From: Octopus sinensis
Taxonomy: Eukaryota
Length of the DNA: 64,000 nucleotides
Direction: 5' to 3'
NCBI RefSeq assembly: GCF_006345805.1
Contig: NC_042998.1
Span: 86,986,001-87,050,000, forward strand
The translations under genes were made by a program, and so were the position numbers. A model generated the notes under the pieces. The model did no database searches, had not been told where the DNA came from, and worked only from the letters and a program-made list of their open reading frames with translations. Each line of letters opens with the position of its first letter. Position 1 is the first letter of the stretch. Below, in pieces: positions 12,289 through 27,089 of the stretch.

Positions 12289-12629
12289 TATTTCTCATTA
12301 TGCAATTCCACATTATGGTAACATTTCCATGAATGCATACACACACATACACACATATACACACACACACATAAACACATAATATATAAGTATATATAAT
12401 ATATACTTACGTGCACGCACACACATGCACATATGCACAGTTCCTATACAATATTACATACATATACATGCTTACACACACACACACATGTATATGTATG
12501 CATATATATAATGTATGCATATGCATGTGTGTAAATATGTGTTGCTTCATTTGAAATGTTGAGAAATTTGAAAATAAGTCTTTTTAAGATGTTGCTCAAA
12601 TACAAATGAAGCTATAAATAGTGATGTCA

Positions 12630-12830
12630 AATTCTGGCGCAAGGCCAGTCATGTCGGGAGAGTTGATTACATTGACCTCAGTATTCAACTGGTACTTATT
12701 TTATCGACTCTGAAAAGATGAAAGGTAAAGTCGACCTTGGCAGAATTTGAACTCTGAATGTAAAGATAGGTGAAATGCTGCTAAGCATTTTTTGTAGAGC
12801 ATTAACAATTCTGCCAGCTTGCTACCTTCA
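12630..12830 (-). mobile_element. tRNA-derived SINE family C
   Basis: Minus strand B-box-like gagttcaaattc followed by gtcgactttacctttcatcttttcagagtcgataaaataagtacc. Confidence 0.75.
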
Positions 12831-12859
12831 TTAAGCTATAAATATTGACTCAATATTTT

Positions 12860-13207
12860 GTCATGCCCAGACTTTTTCTTGTGGGAATACCTAAAAGAGA
12901 GGGTTTATGTCAACAAACCAGAGGTCCTGGTGCAACTGAAGGAGAATATCAATAGAGAAATCAGAGAAGTGAAGTTCGAAACTCTTGAAGGTGAAAGTTT
13001 TGGAATGGTGAAAGTTTTGGAATGAGCATGGGTGCCATTTAAGCGATGTGATTTTTCATATGTGATGTGGTGGTACTACAAAATTTGACTTGTGCATATT
13101 AATTTCAATTATGTCCTTTATATTGTATCAACATTTCATGCATTTATTTGTAAAGTTAAAGAAGTTACTAAAAATAGAAACCTATCAGTGACTTTTGGGA
13201 CACCCTG
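12860..13207 (+). mobile_element. Tc1/mariner transposase C-terminal fragment with right TIR
   Basis: PDFFLWEYLKERVYVNKP...; ends gtgacttttgggacaccctg followed by TA. Confidence 0.75.
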
Positions 13208-13239
13208 TATGTGTGTGTCTGTGTGGGAATCATCATCAT

Positions 13240-13450
13240 CATTATGATGATGATCATCATCTTTTAATATCTGTTTTCCATTCTGGCATGGATTGGATGG
13301 TTTGACAGGAGTTGGCATGGCCAAGAGCTGTACCAGTCTTCATTGTCTGTTTTGGCTTGGTTTCTACAGCTTGATGCCCTTCCTAATGTCAACCACTTTA
13401 TAGTGTGTGCTAGGTGCTTTTTACGAGGATCCAGCACCAGTGCTTTTTAA
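13240..13450 (-). mobile_element. RTE LINE 3' tail
   Basis: (CAT)n then ttttccattctggcatggattggatgg...gatgcccttcctaatg. Confidence 0.75.
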
Positions 13451-14174
13451 GTTTCACCATCACTAGCAGAGTCGCTTAGCAAGAGGAGTGGTATTGGAAA
13501 GTGAAGGTTGCTTTATACTATCAAAGGTATAGAGGGATAGAGATGGATGTCTTGCTGTGTAGTAGATACATGGATACCCAGTTGGAAAAGAAAAGTGTGT
13601 GAGTTAGAGCGTAAGATCAAGATGCTGATAGTGAGAGAGATGGTGCTAAAGATGTGCAGGGACAAGCACTCGAAAGACTTGGGGTGGGGAATAAGTGAGG
13701 TTATACAGAGGTTTTAGGCTAGGTGAGTGGAGGAAGGATTGAGGTAACCATAGCAAATGATGGAGAGAAATATAGGAGAGACTCAGGGATGGAAGTTGGA
13801 GTAAATATGTGAGACATTGAAGGTGATAGCAGATAAGTGAGGTGTTAATGGTGGAAAACAACACAGGGGAGAGAAGGCACAGAAAGGAGGTGATTAGTGG
13901 AGACAATAGGTATTCATATGGTTTGGATGGAATTTGTTGAGGCATATTTTTCTCTGACTGGATGTCTTTCTTGTTGCCAACCCTCTTCTATTTCCAAGCA
14001 AGCCAATATTTCTCCATGACTAGACATGTCTCGGAAGACTGGAAACAAAAGACATCACTTACATCACTGTGACACTTGCTTACAGAATGTCATGTGATGT
14101 TGAGGCAAGGAGACTGTAACACATATACACACACATATATATATATATGTATGTATGTGTGTGCACATATATAT

Positions 14175-14460
14175 ATATACATATGAGAGGGATAACCACT
14201 CTGTGGTCACCCTTATGCTAGAAGTAGATCCGCTATGGTCTTACTACTAAGAAATGTTCTCAAGAAAAATTTAGCAAACAAACAAAACGTAATCGAGCAA
14301 GACAAAAAAAAATTTTATTGCTTTTCTTTTGTCTTGCTCAATTACGTTTTGGTTGTTTGCTAAATTTTTCTTGGGAATATTTCTTAGTGGTAAGACCATA
14401 GTGGATCTACTTCTAGCATAAGGGTGTTCACATAGTGGTTATCCCTCTCATATGTATATA
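14175..14460. repeat. Palindromic mini-element, about 130-bp arms, (TA)-flanked
   Basis: catatgagagggataaccact...gcaagacaaaa mirrored by ttttgtcttgc...agtggttatccctctcatatg. Confidence 0.9.
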
Positions 14461-14583
14461 ATACAATTTTATTGAACCTTCAGTTTTTTTATATGCTAGA
14501 CCACTGGTGTGAAATTGATGTTAATTAAATTAATATCAAATTTCTCACCCTCATTTTGAATTTATATATATATACTATATATA

Positions 14584-14992
14584 GGCGCAGGAGTGGCTGT
14601 GTGGTAAGTAGCTTGTTTACCAACCACATGATTCCGGGTTCAGTCCCACTGCGTGGCACCTTGGGCAAGTGTCTTCTGCTGTAGCCTCAGGCTGACCAAT
14701 GCCTTGTGAGTGGATTTGGTAGACGGAAACTGAAAGAAGCCCGTCGTATGTATGTATATATGTGTGTGTGTGTGCATGTTTGTGTGTCTGTGTTTGTCCC
14801 CCTAGCATTGCTTGACAACCGATGCTGGTGTGTTCATATCCCCGTTACTTAGCGGTTCGGCAAAAGAGATCGATAGAATAAGTACTGGGCTTACAAAAGA
14901 ATAAGTCCCGGGGTCGAGTTGCTCGATTAAAGGCGGTGCTCCAGCATGGCCGCAGTCAAATAACTGAAACAAGTAAAAGAGTAAAAAAAAGA
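14584..14992 (+). mobile_element. SINE family A, best full-length copy
   Basis: ggcgcaggagtggctgtgtgg (A box), gggttcagtccc (B box), central (GT)n, tail gaaacaagtaaaagagtaaaa. Confidence 0.85.
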
Positions 14993-14996
14993 GTAT

Positions 14997-15437
14997 ACTG
15001 TAACATATATTTGTCAACTAAGTGTGGTGTCCTATACAGGACAGTGCTACTGATGTTTATAGCCCCAGGAAGACATCTCCTCCAGCTTGCTAATGAAACA
15101 CATTTTGTCTGATTAGTATTTGCGAGGGGAGGTCATCACTCTCATCTCCAGCTTTACATGATACACATCGACTTGAGTTTCTGGGTAGTTACCCATCCTC
15201 AGCATGTGCTAATCACCAGCTAGTGATGGAAACTCATTCCACTTGCAAATTATTATATATTTTTCTAGCGTCTCATGTAAGGCTAGAGATGGGAGCAGTG
15301 ACCTCTCCTTGCAGATACTAATTGGACACAGAATGTGTTTTGTTAACTAGCTGGGAGATGTCTTCCTGGGGCTATAAACTTCAGTAGCGCTGTCCTATAT
15401 AGGACACCACACTTAGTTGACAAATATATGTTACAGT
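14997..15437. mobile_element. MITE-like element with about 160-bp TIRs
   Basis: actgtaacatatatttgtcaactaagtgtggtgtcc mirrored at 15437; non-coding interior. Confidence 0.75.
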
Positions 15438-15499
15438 TCCATACTGCTACTGTTTATATCTCACTCAGAGATTTAATATATATATATATATATATATTC

Positions 15500-15845
15500 T
15501 TTATTCTTTTATTTTTTTCAGTCATTTGACTGCAGCCATGCTGGAGCACTGCCTTGAAGGATTTTGGTCAAACAAATGGATCCCAGGACTTTGTTTTTCA
15601 AGCCTAGTATTTACTCTATCGGTCTCTTGCTGAACTGCTAAGTTACAGGGGCGTAAACACACCATCACCAGGGACAAATACAGACACACACACACACACA
15701 AGTATACATGAAGGGCCTCCTTCATTTTCCATCTACCAAATCCACTCACAAGGATTTGGCTGGCCTGAGGCTATAGTAGAAGATGCTTGTTCAAGGTACT
15801 GTGTAGTGGGACTGAATCCAGAACCATGTTGTTGGGAAGCTGGCT
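15500..15845 (-). mobile_element. SINE family A
   Basis: Reverse complement colinear with 14584-14992. Confidence 0.8.
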
Positions 15846-15864
15846 TGGTGCAAAATCCCCTCTT

Positions 15865-16220
15865 GATCCAAGGTAACATGGCGTTAGAACAATGTAGTTG
15901 ACAGGGCCATTAGAGAGAAGAAACAGGCATGGAAGGACTGGAAGAAGAGTGAGAGCAGGGAATTGTATTCGATTGCTAGAAAGGAAGCTAGGAGACAGGT
16001 TTACTTAGCAGGAGGGGAAGCAGATAAGGAAATATTTGCCCATGTTCTGCATCATGGGGTCCAAAGACTTGAAGTGTTTCATGTTGCAAGACAGTGTGTG
16101 AGAGAGAATCATGATATCATAGGAAAGAAATGTGTTCTCATGGATGACTGCATTTAGTGAGGCTGCAAAGAGAGAGACTTGGAGATGAACTATGAAAGGT
16201 TGCTAAATGAAGAGAATGAG
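15865..16220 (+). mobile_element. RTE LINE ORF2 fragment (endonuclease-RT linker)
   Basis: DRAIREKKQAWKDW...ARKEARRQVYLA...ARQCVRENHDIIGKKCV...YERLLNEENE. Confidence 0.75.
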
Positions 16221-16254
16221 GTGATTTTTGTGATAAAAATTGTTAAAAAAAACT

Positions 16255-16535
16255 TCTATTATAGCCTCGAGCCAACCAAACCCTTGTGAGTGGATTTGGT
16301 GGAGGGAATATGTATATATTTGTGTGTGTGTCTGTGTTTGTTCCCCCCCCCCCCATCATCGCTTGAAAACCGATGTTGGTGTTTTTATGTTCCCGTAACT
16401 TAGCAATTCAGCAAAAGAGACCAATAGAATAAGTACTAGGCTTACAAAGAATAAGTCCTGGGGTCGATTTGTTTGGCTAAATGCAGTGCTCCAGCATGGT
16501 CGCAGTCAAATGACTGAAACAAGTAAAAGAAAAGA
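16255..16535 (+). mobile_element. SINE family A, 5'-truncated
   Basis: Central and 3' segments match 14584-14992. Confidence 0.8.
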
Positions 16536-17033
16536 TATATGCATGTGCTTGTGTCTGTGTGTATACATACATGACAGACTTCTAACGGTTTTTGCCTATC
16601 AAATTACTTAAAGATTTTGGTTGAATCAGGGCTATAGTAGAAGACACTTGTCCAAGGTTACAAGCAGTCAGATTAAACCTCAAAACAGGATTTCATAAAG
16701 TAAACTCATTACCACACAGCCACACTGTGTCTGTGTGGGTGTACACTCACACACACACACACACACTCATGCATACATACATACATACATACATACATAC
16801 ATACATACATACATACATACATACATACATACATACACACACACATGCAGATACATGCATGCATACATATGCATATATATATCCTTTAGATTTGTTTACA
16901 CAAAACATGTTTGAGTAAGCATATAGGAGATCTGATTTTATTATGTTGGCTACAGCCTAATGATACTGACTTGCAAGAGCAGTTTTATGGGTTTGTACCA
17001 AGCTGTGCCAGTATAATGTAAGATAAGTACAGT

Positions 17034-17072
<39 letters not shown>

Positions 17073-17075
17073 AAT

Positions 17076-17748
17076 AGGCATGATAGAGCTGTACAATATA
17101 TTCACTGGGTAATTTGCAAAAGCCTGGACTTGCCCCATGATAAAAACTGGTGGGAACACAAACCACCTCCAGTGCTTGAAAATAATCACATCTCACTCCT
17201 CTGGAACTTCACCATTAAAACTGACAGAAAGATAGATGTGAATAGGCCAGACATCATATTGAAAGGCTTCAGACAAAAATCATGCCTCCTCATTGATATG
17301 ACTGTCCCAATCAATATAAACGTATCTGTCAAGACCTACCAAAAACATAGCATATATAAAGATCTTGAAATAGAAATTAGCAAAATGTGGAACCTGAAGA
17401 CTAAAACAATACCTGTTGTCAAGGTGCTCTGGGAATGATAGCAAAAGGGGCTGATTGCTACCTAGCTCAGATACCAGGAAACCCCAAAATGGCAGAAATT
17501 CAAAAGATAGTGCTCATGGGAACTGCTCATATCCTACGCAAAATACTTTCTATGTAATCTCAAGTTTTAAAACAAATATAATTTTTTTATGATTTCTTAA
17601 ACATTCTCTAGAACAACACTATGTACAAAACAAAATACATGGCACCCTAAGCATAACACCAATATGAACTTCCAACTTGTTGTCTCTTGAGGTCTCTGGG
17701 TGAGACTTGGAGCCAACTTGTACTAATGTAAAGCAAAAGTCAAACATA
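17076..17748 (+). mobile_element. R4/Dong-like RLE retrotransposon 3' end, copy 1
   Basis: RHDRA.QYIHW...NRPDIILK...LIDMTVP...KY.DLEIEI; preceded by (CAA)n/TAA, followed by (AAT)n. Confidence 0.9.
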
Positions 17749-17772
17749 AATAATAATAATAATAATAATAAT

Positions 17773-18902
17773 AAATACTCAGTAACAAAACTGGCAAAAG
17801 AATATCTAAGTGAATTCCGAATACAACAAATTTCGGAATTAGAGATAGACATACAAGAAACAAGAACAGAAAAAGCTAAGCGCATGAAAACCCGTGCCAA
17901 AACTGCGGCCTTAGATATTCTGAATAATAAATGGCAAGAAAAACCTCTCTATGGCAAATACCCAAAGAGAGCGAATAATGCAGATATTGACAAAGCCCTG
18001 ACCCATCAATGGCTAATGGCCTCTGGCTTAAAATCTGAAACAGAAGGGTTTATCATAGCAGCTCAAGATCAATGCCTACCAACAAGAAACTACCAGGCCA
18101 ACATATTAAAGAATAGCAGTAGCCCAAAATGTCGTGTATGTCGACAACAAAATGAAACCATTGATCATGTTGTCTCCAAATGCAGTCTTCTAGTGCCTAC
18201 AGAGTATCTCAACAGGCATGATAGAGCTGCACAATATATTCACTGGGTAATTTGCAAAACCCTGGATTTGCCCCATGAAAAAAACTGGTGGGAACACAAG
18301 CCACCTCCAGTACTTGAAAATGACCACATCTTACTCCTCTGGAACTTCACCATTCAAACTGACAGAAAGATAGATGCAAATAGGCCACACATCATATTGA
18401 AAGACTTCAGACAAAGAACATGCCTCCTCATTGATATGACTGTCCCAATCGATATAAACGTATCTGTCAAGACCTACCAAAAACTGAGCAAATATAAAGA
18501 TCTTGAAATAGAAATCAGCAAAATGTGGAAGCTGAAGACTAAAACATACCTGTTGTCATAGGTGCCCTGGGAATGATAGCGAAAGGGACTGATTGCTACC
18601 TAACTCAGATACCAGGAAACCCCAAAATGGCAGAAATTCAAAAGATAGTGCTCATGGGAACTGCTCATATCCTACGCAAAATACTCTCTATGTAATTCCA
18701 AGGTTTAAAACAAACTTTAAAAAAAAATTTTTTTTTAAATTTATTTATTAGACATTCACTAGTACAACACCAAAAAAAAGAAGAAAAGAGAAAAAAAAAC
18801 CCCAAATATATGCCACACTAGGCATAACAACAACGTGAACTTCCAACCTGTTGTCTCTTGAGGTCTCTGGGTGAGACTTGGAGCCAACTTGTACAAACAT
18901 AG
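17773..18902 (+). mobile_element. R4/Dong-like RLE retrotransposon 3' end, copy 2
   Basis: GLKSETEGFIIAAQDQ, CCHC knuckle CRVC...HVVSKC, endonuclease RPHI...IDMTVP...K; flanked by (AAT)n. Confidence 0.92.
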
Positions 18903-18949
18903 AATAATAATAATAATAATAATAATAATATAATAATAATAATAATAAT

Positions 18950-20709
<1,760 letters not shown>

Positions 20710-22169
20710 AATAATCATAATAATCCATGGATGAAACTTATAAATATTCTATGCACTGCTACAAGTGTTTCCACAGTTCACATGTTTCTTACAATCATAG
20801 TCTGTATTCCTGGGATGATTACGGTACAATCCATAGTATCCATGGACATCAGGTGGATCATAGTTCATGTGTTCATTTCATCAGGCAATATTGTATTAAA
20901 GTTGGAGGCAACAAATGTATAACTAAAAGATGTTTATTAATTTACACCAATCAAGAAGTCCTTTGGAGTATGTGGGCAGTTCTGTGTGTATTTGGCTGGG
21001 AAGAATAGAAGGTGAAAGAGAAAGAAAAAGGAACAGTAATGATAAAAGAGAGGGAGGAGTGTGTGGTGATGGTAGACTTGTTTTGATATTTGTGTGAACA
21101 CATGCCGGAATGGGTAGGGTAGTTCACTGGTTTTACCCTAGTCAAAGCAGGCACTCTCGCAATGAATTTACATGCCGTATAGATATTTATAAATATGATA
21201 TCTATAATATACCATAGATATAAATGTCTATGTATGTGTTTGCATGTGTTTGTGTATGTGTGTAAATGTTTATGCATGTATGCATATTATTGAAAATATC
21301 TTTTGTATTCGCTTGCAAGAATGGTCAAGCACAAACAGCATGGATTTCTATCAGTTTCAAATTAGATATAACAAAAATAGATGCTGTGTTATCTATATTA
21401 TGAAATAGTTTTGTTTACCCATGATTTTCATTTGCAGTCTTCACTATGCCCTCTATAAATAAGATAATCTTAGCAGATGTTGCTACTGATCTATATTTCT
21501 AGTGGTTGCTTTGCTTCTATTGTAATTCATTGCTACTACTTGCTGTTAAACATCTCCTCCAGCTTGTTGTCTTTTTTTGTTGTCATCATTTTTATTGTCG
21601 TCATTGTTGTCATAGTCATCATCATTGCTGTTATTATTATTGAGTTGTTGTCACCATCATCACCACCATTACTATCATCATCTTAATTGTCGTTGTTGTT
21701 GTTGTTGTTGTTATCATCATCATCATTACTCTCATTATCATCATTGCTGCCACCTCCAACATCATAATCATCATCATCATCATTGTCGTTGTCGTCGTCG
21801 TCATCATTACCACCATTCTTATTAATCTTCATTAACAATTCAGTTATGTCAAAATGCTTTAGCAAGTCATTTTTATGGCAAGTCATTGTTCTACAAAGAA
21901 ATTGTTTGCCATTTGAATTCTATCTGCCATCTTGAAAAATATGAGGCAGCAGCTGGACAAGGACTGGACAAGTTTTACTCTTGCTTCTACACTATGTCCA
22001 ACTTAAAATCACTTAACTCTCAGTGCTATTTCCCCCTGCTCACATACACCATCATCCCTACAGCTGGTTATAAATAAGTGCCATGAGGAAATATATGATC
22101 AGCCTCTGTAAGTTATGCATGCTTTGAACTGAAATTCATCAAGGAGATACATTTATGAAATTTCTTTCT

Positions 22170-22372
22170 ACTATAGATATAAGGCCTATAATTTTAGGGG
22201 AGGGATCAAGTTGATTACATTGATCCCAGTACTCAGCTGGTTCTCATTTTCTTGACCTTGAAAGAATGAAAGGCAAAGTCAACCTTGACAGAATTTGAAC
22301 TCAGAATTATAAAGCCACAAAAAATACTGCTAAGTATTTTGTCCAGCATGTTAAGTGTTCTGCCATCTCACC
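22170..22372 (-). mobile_element. SINE family C
   Basis: Matches 12630-12830. Confidence 0.75.
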
Positions 22373-22374
22373 AC

Positions 22375-22540
22375 ATCATCATCATCGTTTAACATCTATT
22401 TTCCATGCTGGCATGAATTAAGCAGTTTGACAGTTTGACAGTCATCTGTTCTGGCATTTTTTTCTACAGCTATAAGCCCTTCCTAATGCCAACTACTTCA
22501 CAGAGTGTGCTGGGTGCTTTTATGTGGTGCTGGCACCTTT
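22375..22540 (-). mobile_element. RTE LINE 3' tail
   Basis: catcatcatcatcgtttaacatctattttccatgctggcatg. Confidence 0.7.
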
Positions 22541-22619
22541 CATATATTGATGAAATTAAAATGATTCATGGTCCTTAATGAGATACAAAGTGACCCATTA
22601 AGATATCAATAGAGCATGT

Positions 22620-23330
22620 ATTTCTTTAATTTTGACTATGCTTACTGATTGTGTGATGGGCAAGACTTGTTAACATCCTTCCTGAATGCTACAATCAAAG
22701 TGAGTCTGTTTATCAGTGCAAAGAATACTGACTGTATGACCATCAATGAAGATGAAAGCCACCAACTAGTTTGTCCCAACATTAGTCTACAACTGAAGGT
22801 CAGTGACTTGAAGGAACTTGAGTCCTATGCTGCTGATAACAAAAAAATCTTCCTTAGACACAAAGGATTAGTATGAAAGACCTGTAACATGCTTCAGAAC
22901 ATTTGGCAAATGAGTATTTAAAAATTAATGAGGATTACCTTCTTCAGGGTTTGTGTTGAAAGTATTTTTCTCTATAGAGCTGGAAACTGGATAAGGGTGA
23001 AGCAACTTAAAGGTTGCTTTGATGGTACATAACCAAACTTCTCATGAGGGCTCAAAACGTCTTGTGGGTCTGATCATAAGATCAAAGATTGGATTTATGG
23101 ACATTCTCTGTCCATCTTTACTATTGTTACTCAACACAGGATAAGCTTTTTTGGCCTTTACAATTGTGCTGAAAACAGGTTGTATCAGATATCATATTCT
23201 GAAGACTTCAGCACTCTAACAGAGAATGATGATCACTCAATCACATTGATGTTATAGGCAGAGACCCACTCCATGAAATTAGAAATCTCCCAAAACTAAT
23301 GGAAGACAGAGAATCATAGCGCAGTATTGT
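22620..23330 (+). mobile_element. Old RTE-X-like LINE RT C-terminal fragment
   Basis: DYA...QDLLTSF...SAKNTDCMTIN...ESYAADNKK...FFRVCVESIFLY...FDGT across stops and frameshifts. Confidence 0.6.
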
Positions 23331-23530
23331 GAGATACATCTTTGTAGTGGTTGCCTGAAGAAGCATAAGCATGCAATTAGAGGTTACTATCTTAGGCTCC
23401 CTTAAAACTACCAGAGAACACAGATATTTTACACCAAGAAAGAAAATACAAACGCTACATCTTCACTATCTAAAGAAGAACACATAGCTAAAATCATACT
23501 ATCTTCAAATATTAAGTTTTAGAAGCTTGG

Positions 23531-24146
23531 ATAAATAATTCACTGCTGTAAACAGCAACAGTTCTGTAACATGAGTTTCTAACAAAAGCAAAAAGATACA
23601 AAGCTATAAATTTTCGAGGAGTGATATAGTTAAATATATGGTGTTTATTTTATCAACCCTGGGAGGAGGAGTTCAGTAAAATTACCATGTTTTTCATCTG
23701 GTTACAGTACTGAGTTTATCCTTATCTGCGTGTAGCTTAGAGATGCCATGGCTATAACACATTATGAAGATGATTTCACAAAAGCTAGCATTTTTTTCCA
23801 GAGTCATAAACAAATGCTGTTTCTATGCAAGCACATATATTTACTAAAGAAGTCTCTGAACATGCTTTGGTTTAAGACCTAACTCATATAACATATAACA
23901 TATAAGAAAGTATGTAGAGTAAAGAATAGACATCTCTAAGCTACACTCAAATAAAGATAAACTCAGTGTGCTGTAACCAGATGAAAAACACAGTAATTTC
24001 ACTGAACTGCTCCTCCCAGGCTTGATAAAATAAACACCATATATTTAACTATATCACTGCAAAAAATTTATAGCTTTGTACCTTTTTGCTTTTGTTAGAA
24101 ATTCATGTTAAAGAACTGTTGCTGTTTACAGCAGTGAATTATTTAT
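23531..24146. mobile_element. Long-TIR non-autonomous element (215-bp arms, 185-bp spacer)
   Basis: Arms 23531-23745 and 23931-24146 are inverted complements. Confidence 0.8.
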
Positions 24147-25012
24147 ACGTTGCAGTGCCTTTTTATAACTACAAATAGATAAGACACTTCCATCCACAAA
24201 ACATGAAATGTTGATATTTATTCTTTTGCATTAGCATAAAAAAAATATACTCCTCCAAATACTGATTCTGAACCACATAAAAAAAAAGTCATCTCTGTAA
24301 GGCCCTGCAAGAGGGATTAAACCACCAATGAATTCTGTTAGCTAATCTGTGTCTTCAATCAATTCTACAATAGTCACTCTTTCTTTTTCTGGAATTTCAA
24401 ACAACATAGACCAACTTGTCCTAAACATTAACTCAATGTGCCTTACTAACTTGGTTTCTCCACTTCCCTCATGCCATGTTTCACTCCTCTTTTCTGAACT
24501 TTATTCCACAGGAGAAGACCTCACTGAGATGTCCTCTCTCTGTTCATGTTTACTTTGTAACTAGTAAACCTGCAAAAATTATTTAATATGTGCAGTATTA
24601 ATAATCTCCTAGCATTAAACATCTCCCAGTAATCTTTATCTCTAAATCTAGGAGTGTATGAGAAAAAGAAACCTTTTATGGACACCGGCCTTCATTCTCA
24701 TCTTGCTTCACTTACAAGATAATAGAAAAAGGAAATTATTATTCCATGCTAATAGACAAATCTTCAAACCTCACACCCCACCTCTGCATCTAAGAGCCAC
24801 CACCACCACCACCGCCACCACAATCCCTGGTATGGTTTTTATAATCTTTGAAACCCGCACTAGCAATGCTCATACATTCAAAGTTATTTCATTCAAATTT
24901 CTCTGAACTTTTATATGAGAAATAGTTTTTAACTTGCTCACATTTGTCTTCATGGCATCTCAGTAGAAATGTGATAAGGAACAGTATGCATTGGGAGTAG
25001 GAGGAGATAAAG

Positions 25013-25061
<49 letters not shown>

Positions 25062-25399
25062 TCATGATCTGGATTGAAAATATGTTTTCATCATCTCTCC
25101 CTCTCCACCCCACTATCAGTTTCTTCTTCTTTCCATGTTTGAGTCACAAAAGTGAGATATTGAAGTTTTTGGAGCAGGTGTTTTAAATAAAGTGTTTAAG
25201 TGAAAATTAAACGCCAGTTTTTAGTTTTCAGATAGGAAAAATTAGACAATAGTATTCAGTTTTCAGTTTGGAAGATTGAGACAAATAAAGATGATAATGT
25301 CTTGTCTAAAGAAAAGGCAGCTATGAGCTAATAATAACAAGTGTGAAATATTTAATTCAGAAATTCTTTACTGGAGAAAGAAAACTGGTGCTATGAAAT

Positions 25400-26585
25400 G
25401 AAGTTCACGTTTTTCTTAATAATAGTAGAGTGGTGTAAATGAAAGGAAACAATTCCAAAGAGAGTTTTAGAATATGTGAATGAGCTAAAAAGGTGATAAT
25501 TAAGATATCGTTATCATCATTGTGACCACTGGTCAGCCAAGCAGCGTCCTGTTTGTCCAATGTATAGAGAAGGGCAGAGAGAGAGAGCAGGAGATGCAGT
25601 AGATGATATAGGTAGAGGTGTAGGTGAAGGAGTTGGTGATGTGATAGGGTCGATGATGGGTGCTGGTGAGGGGGGTGTAGGAGAGGCAAGGGCAAGTGCA
25701 GCAACATGGGCAGGAGCAGGGGAACAAGCCGGTTGGGATGTTGGGTTAAAGAAGAAGCTGTGGACTAAGAGGTCTCGTAGTTTGTGGGATCGTTTGAAGG
25801 ATGGGAGGGGTTGGTTAGGGAAGGTGCGCAAAGTGGAGGGGTCAGACTGGATTCACCAGAAGGCTCGGATAATGGTGCATTCGAGAGGTAGGGTGGTGGG
25901 TGATATGTAAGGGAAATGGGAGACAGGAGACGACGGGGTTGGTTCAGGGGAGAGCAGATGCACGGTCCACAGAACATACTCTGGCAAGGGCAGTGTGGAT
26001 AGGGGTGAGGGGATATCAATGTAGGATGAAGTGGAGGGCATGATGGAAAGATTTGACAAAAGAGAGGAAGGAGTTTGTGAGAGAGTGAGGTTGCACCGTT
26101 ACAGTCATCAATATAATGGCTGTATAGTTTGGGTATGGGACCAGTGAAACTTGAGAATATTTGGGTCTCAACATAGCCAATGAACAGATTCACATAGTTG
26201 GGACCCATTCTCATTCCCATGGCCACTCCAAAAACCTGCAAACGAGAAGCGGTTGTGTGAGAGGACAAGTTTGGCTAGACGAATGAGTATGGATGTGTCA
26301 GGTTTGGAGTTGAGTCGAAGGTCAAGGGCATGCTGGAGTGCACGTAGCCCCTCATGATGAAGGATCACTGTGTAAAGGCTCTGGATGTCAAGGGTGAAGA
26401 GAAGTTTAGAGGGGCCAGAAGGGCAGGAGAAAGTGTTAAACAAATGAAGTGCATGGTTAGTGTCATGGTTGTGAGAAGGGAAGCAAGTCACTAGGGGGGC
26501 AAGGACATGGTCAAGATATCTGGAGATGAGTTTGGTCGGGTAGTTGCAGGTAGAGACGATGGGGTGGCCAGTGTTGTTAGGTTTG
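25400..26585 (-). mobile_element. Penelope-like element (Neptune-like): RT, Cys-rich linker, GIY-YIG; degraded and internally deleted
   Basis: IHKPNNTGHPIVS, LFTLDIQSLYT, GVAMGMRMGPNY, YIDD, TYHP, FPCSCPCCCTC, IIYCISC...LYIGQTGR. Confidence 0.9.
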
Positions 26586-26588
26586 TGG

Positions 26589-26643
<55 letters not shown>

Positions 26644-26684
26644 GTGTATGAGTGTGCATGTGTATGTATATTGGAGAGAGAGAG

Positions 26685-26726
<42 letters not shown>

Positions 26727-26825
26727 ATCCATGGACTGAAGTCATGTCTATCCCCTTAATACTTAATCACTATCCCATTCTGCTGCAGGGCAATTAACTA
26801 TGTAATGAGAATTAGGGTGTATAGC

Positions 26826-27075
26826 TTATTATCATTATTATTTGATGTAAGCTCTTAGTTTATTTTGCTGGGTATGATGGAAAGTGTCAGCTGTCTTCAG
26901 CTAGCAGACTAAAGTGACACTTGTTTACTGATCATGCTTCAAGAACCCTGTGAAGAATTCTTTCTGTTCCAAGTAATTCTGATTTGTGTAGGTGTTCTAT
27001 CTTTACATTTGTACCAATTGTTTTGAGCCACATTGATAGTTGAGTGCTGATACTCCCGAGTGTACCAATTACTCT
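26826..27075 (-). mobile_element. 3' end of a second R4/Dong-like RLE family
   Basis: VIGTLGSIS...HLHKSELLGTERILHRVLEA*, then 3' UTR ending in aataataatgataataa. Confidence 0.7.
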
Positions 27076-27089
27076 CCTCATTGACCACA

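Noticed and set aside
17707-18561. 284-aa ORF as a host gene
   Set aside because: It starts in the previous copy's UTR, crosses (AAT)n and continues as a truncated retrotransposon ORF.
23355-23378. CTGAAGA-A-GCAT aagc ATGC hammerhead look-alike
   Set aside because: GAAA and the cleavage triplet are absent.
24340-24575. Minus-strand acceptor tttttgcAG with short frame FTSYKVNMNRERTSQ*
   Set aside because: Cannot be distinguished from a chance splice signal without transcript data.
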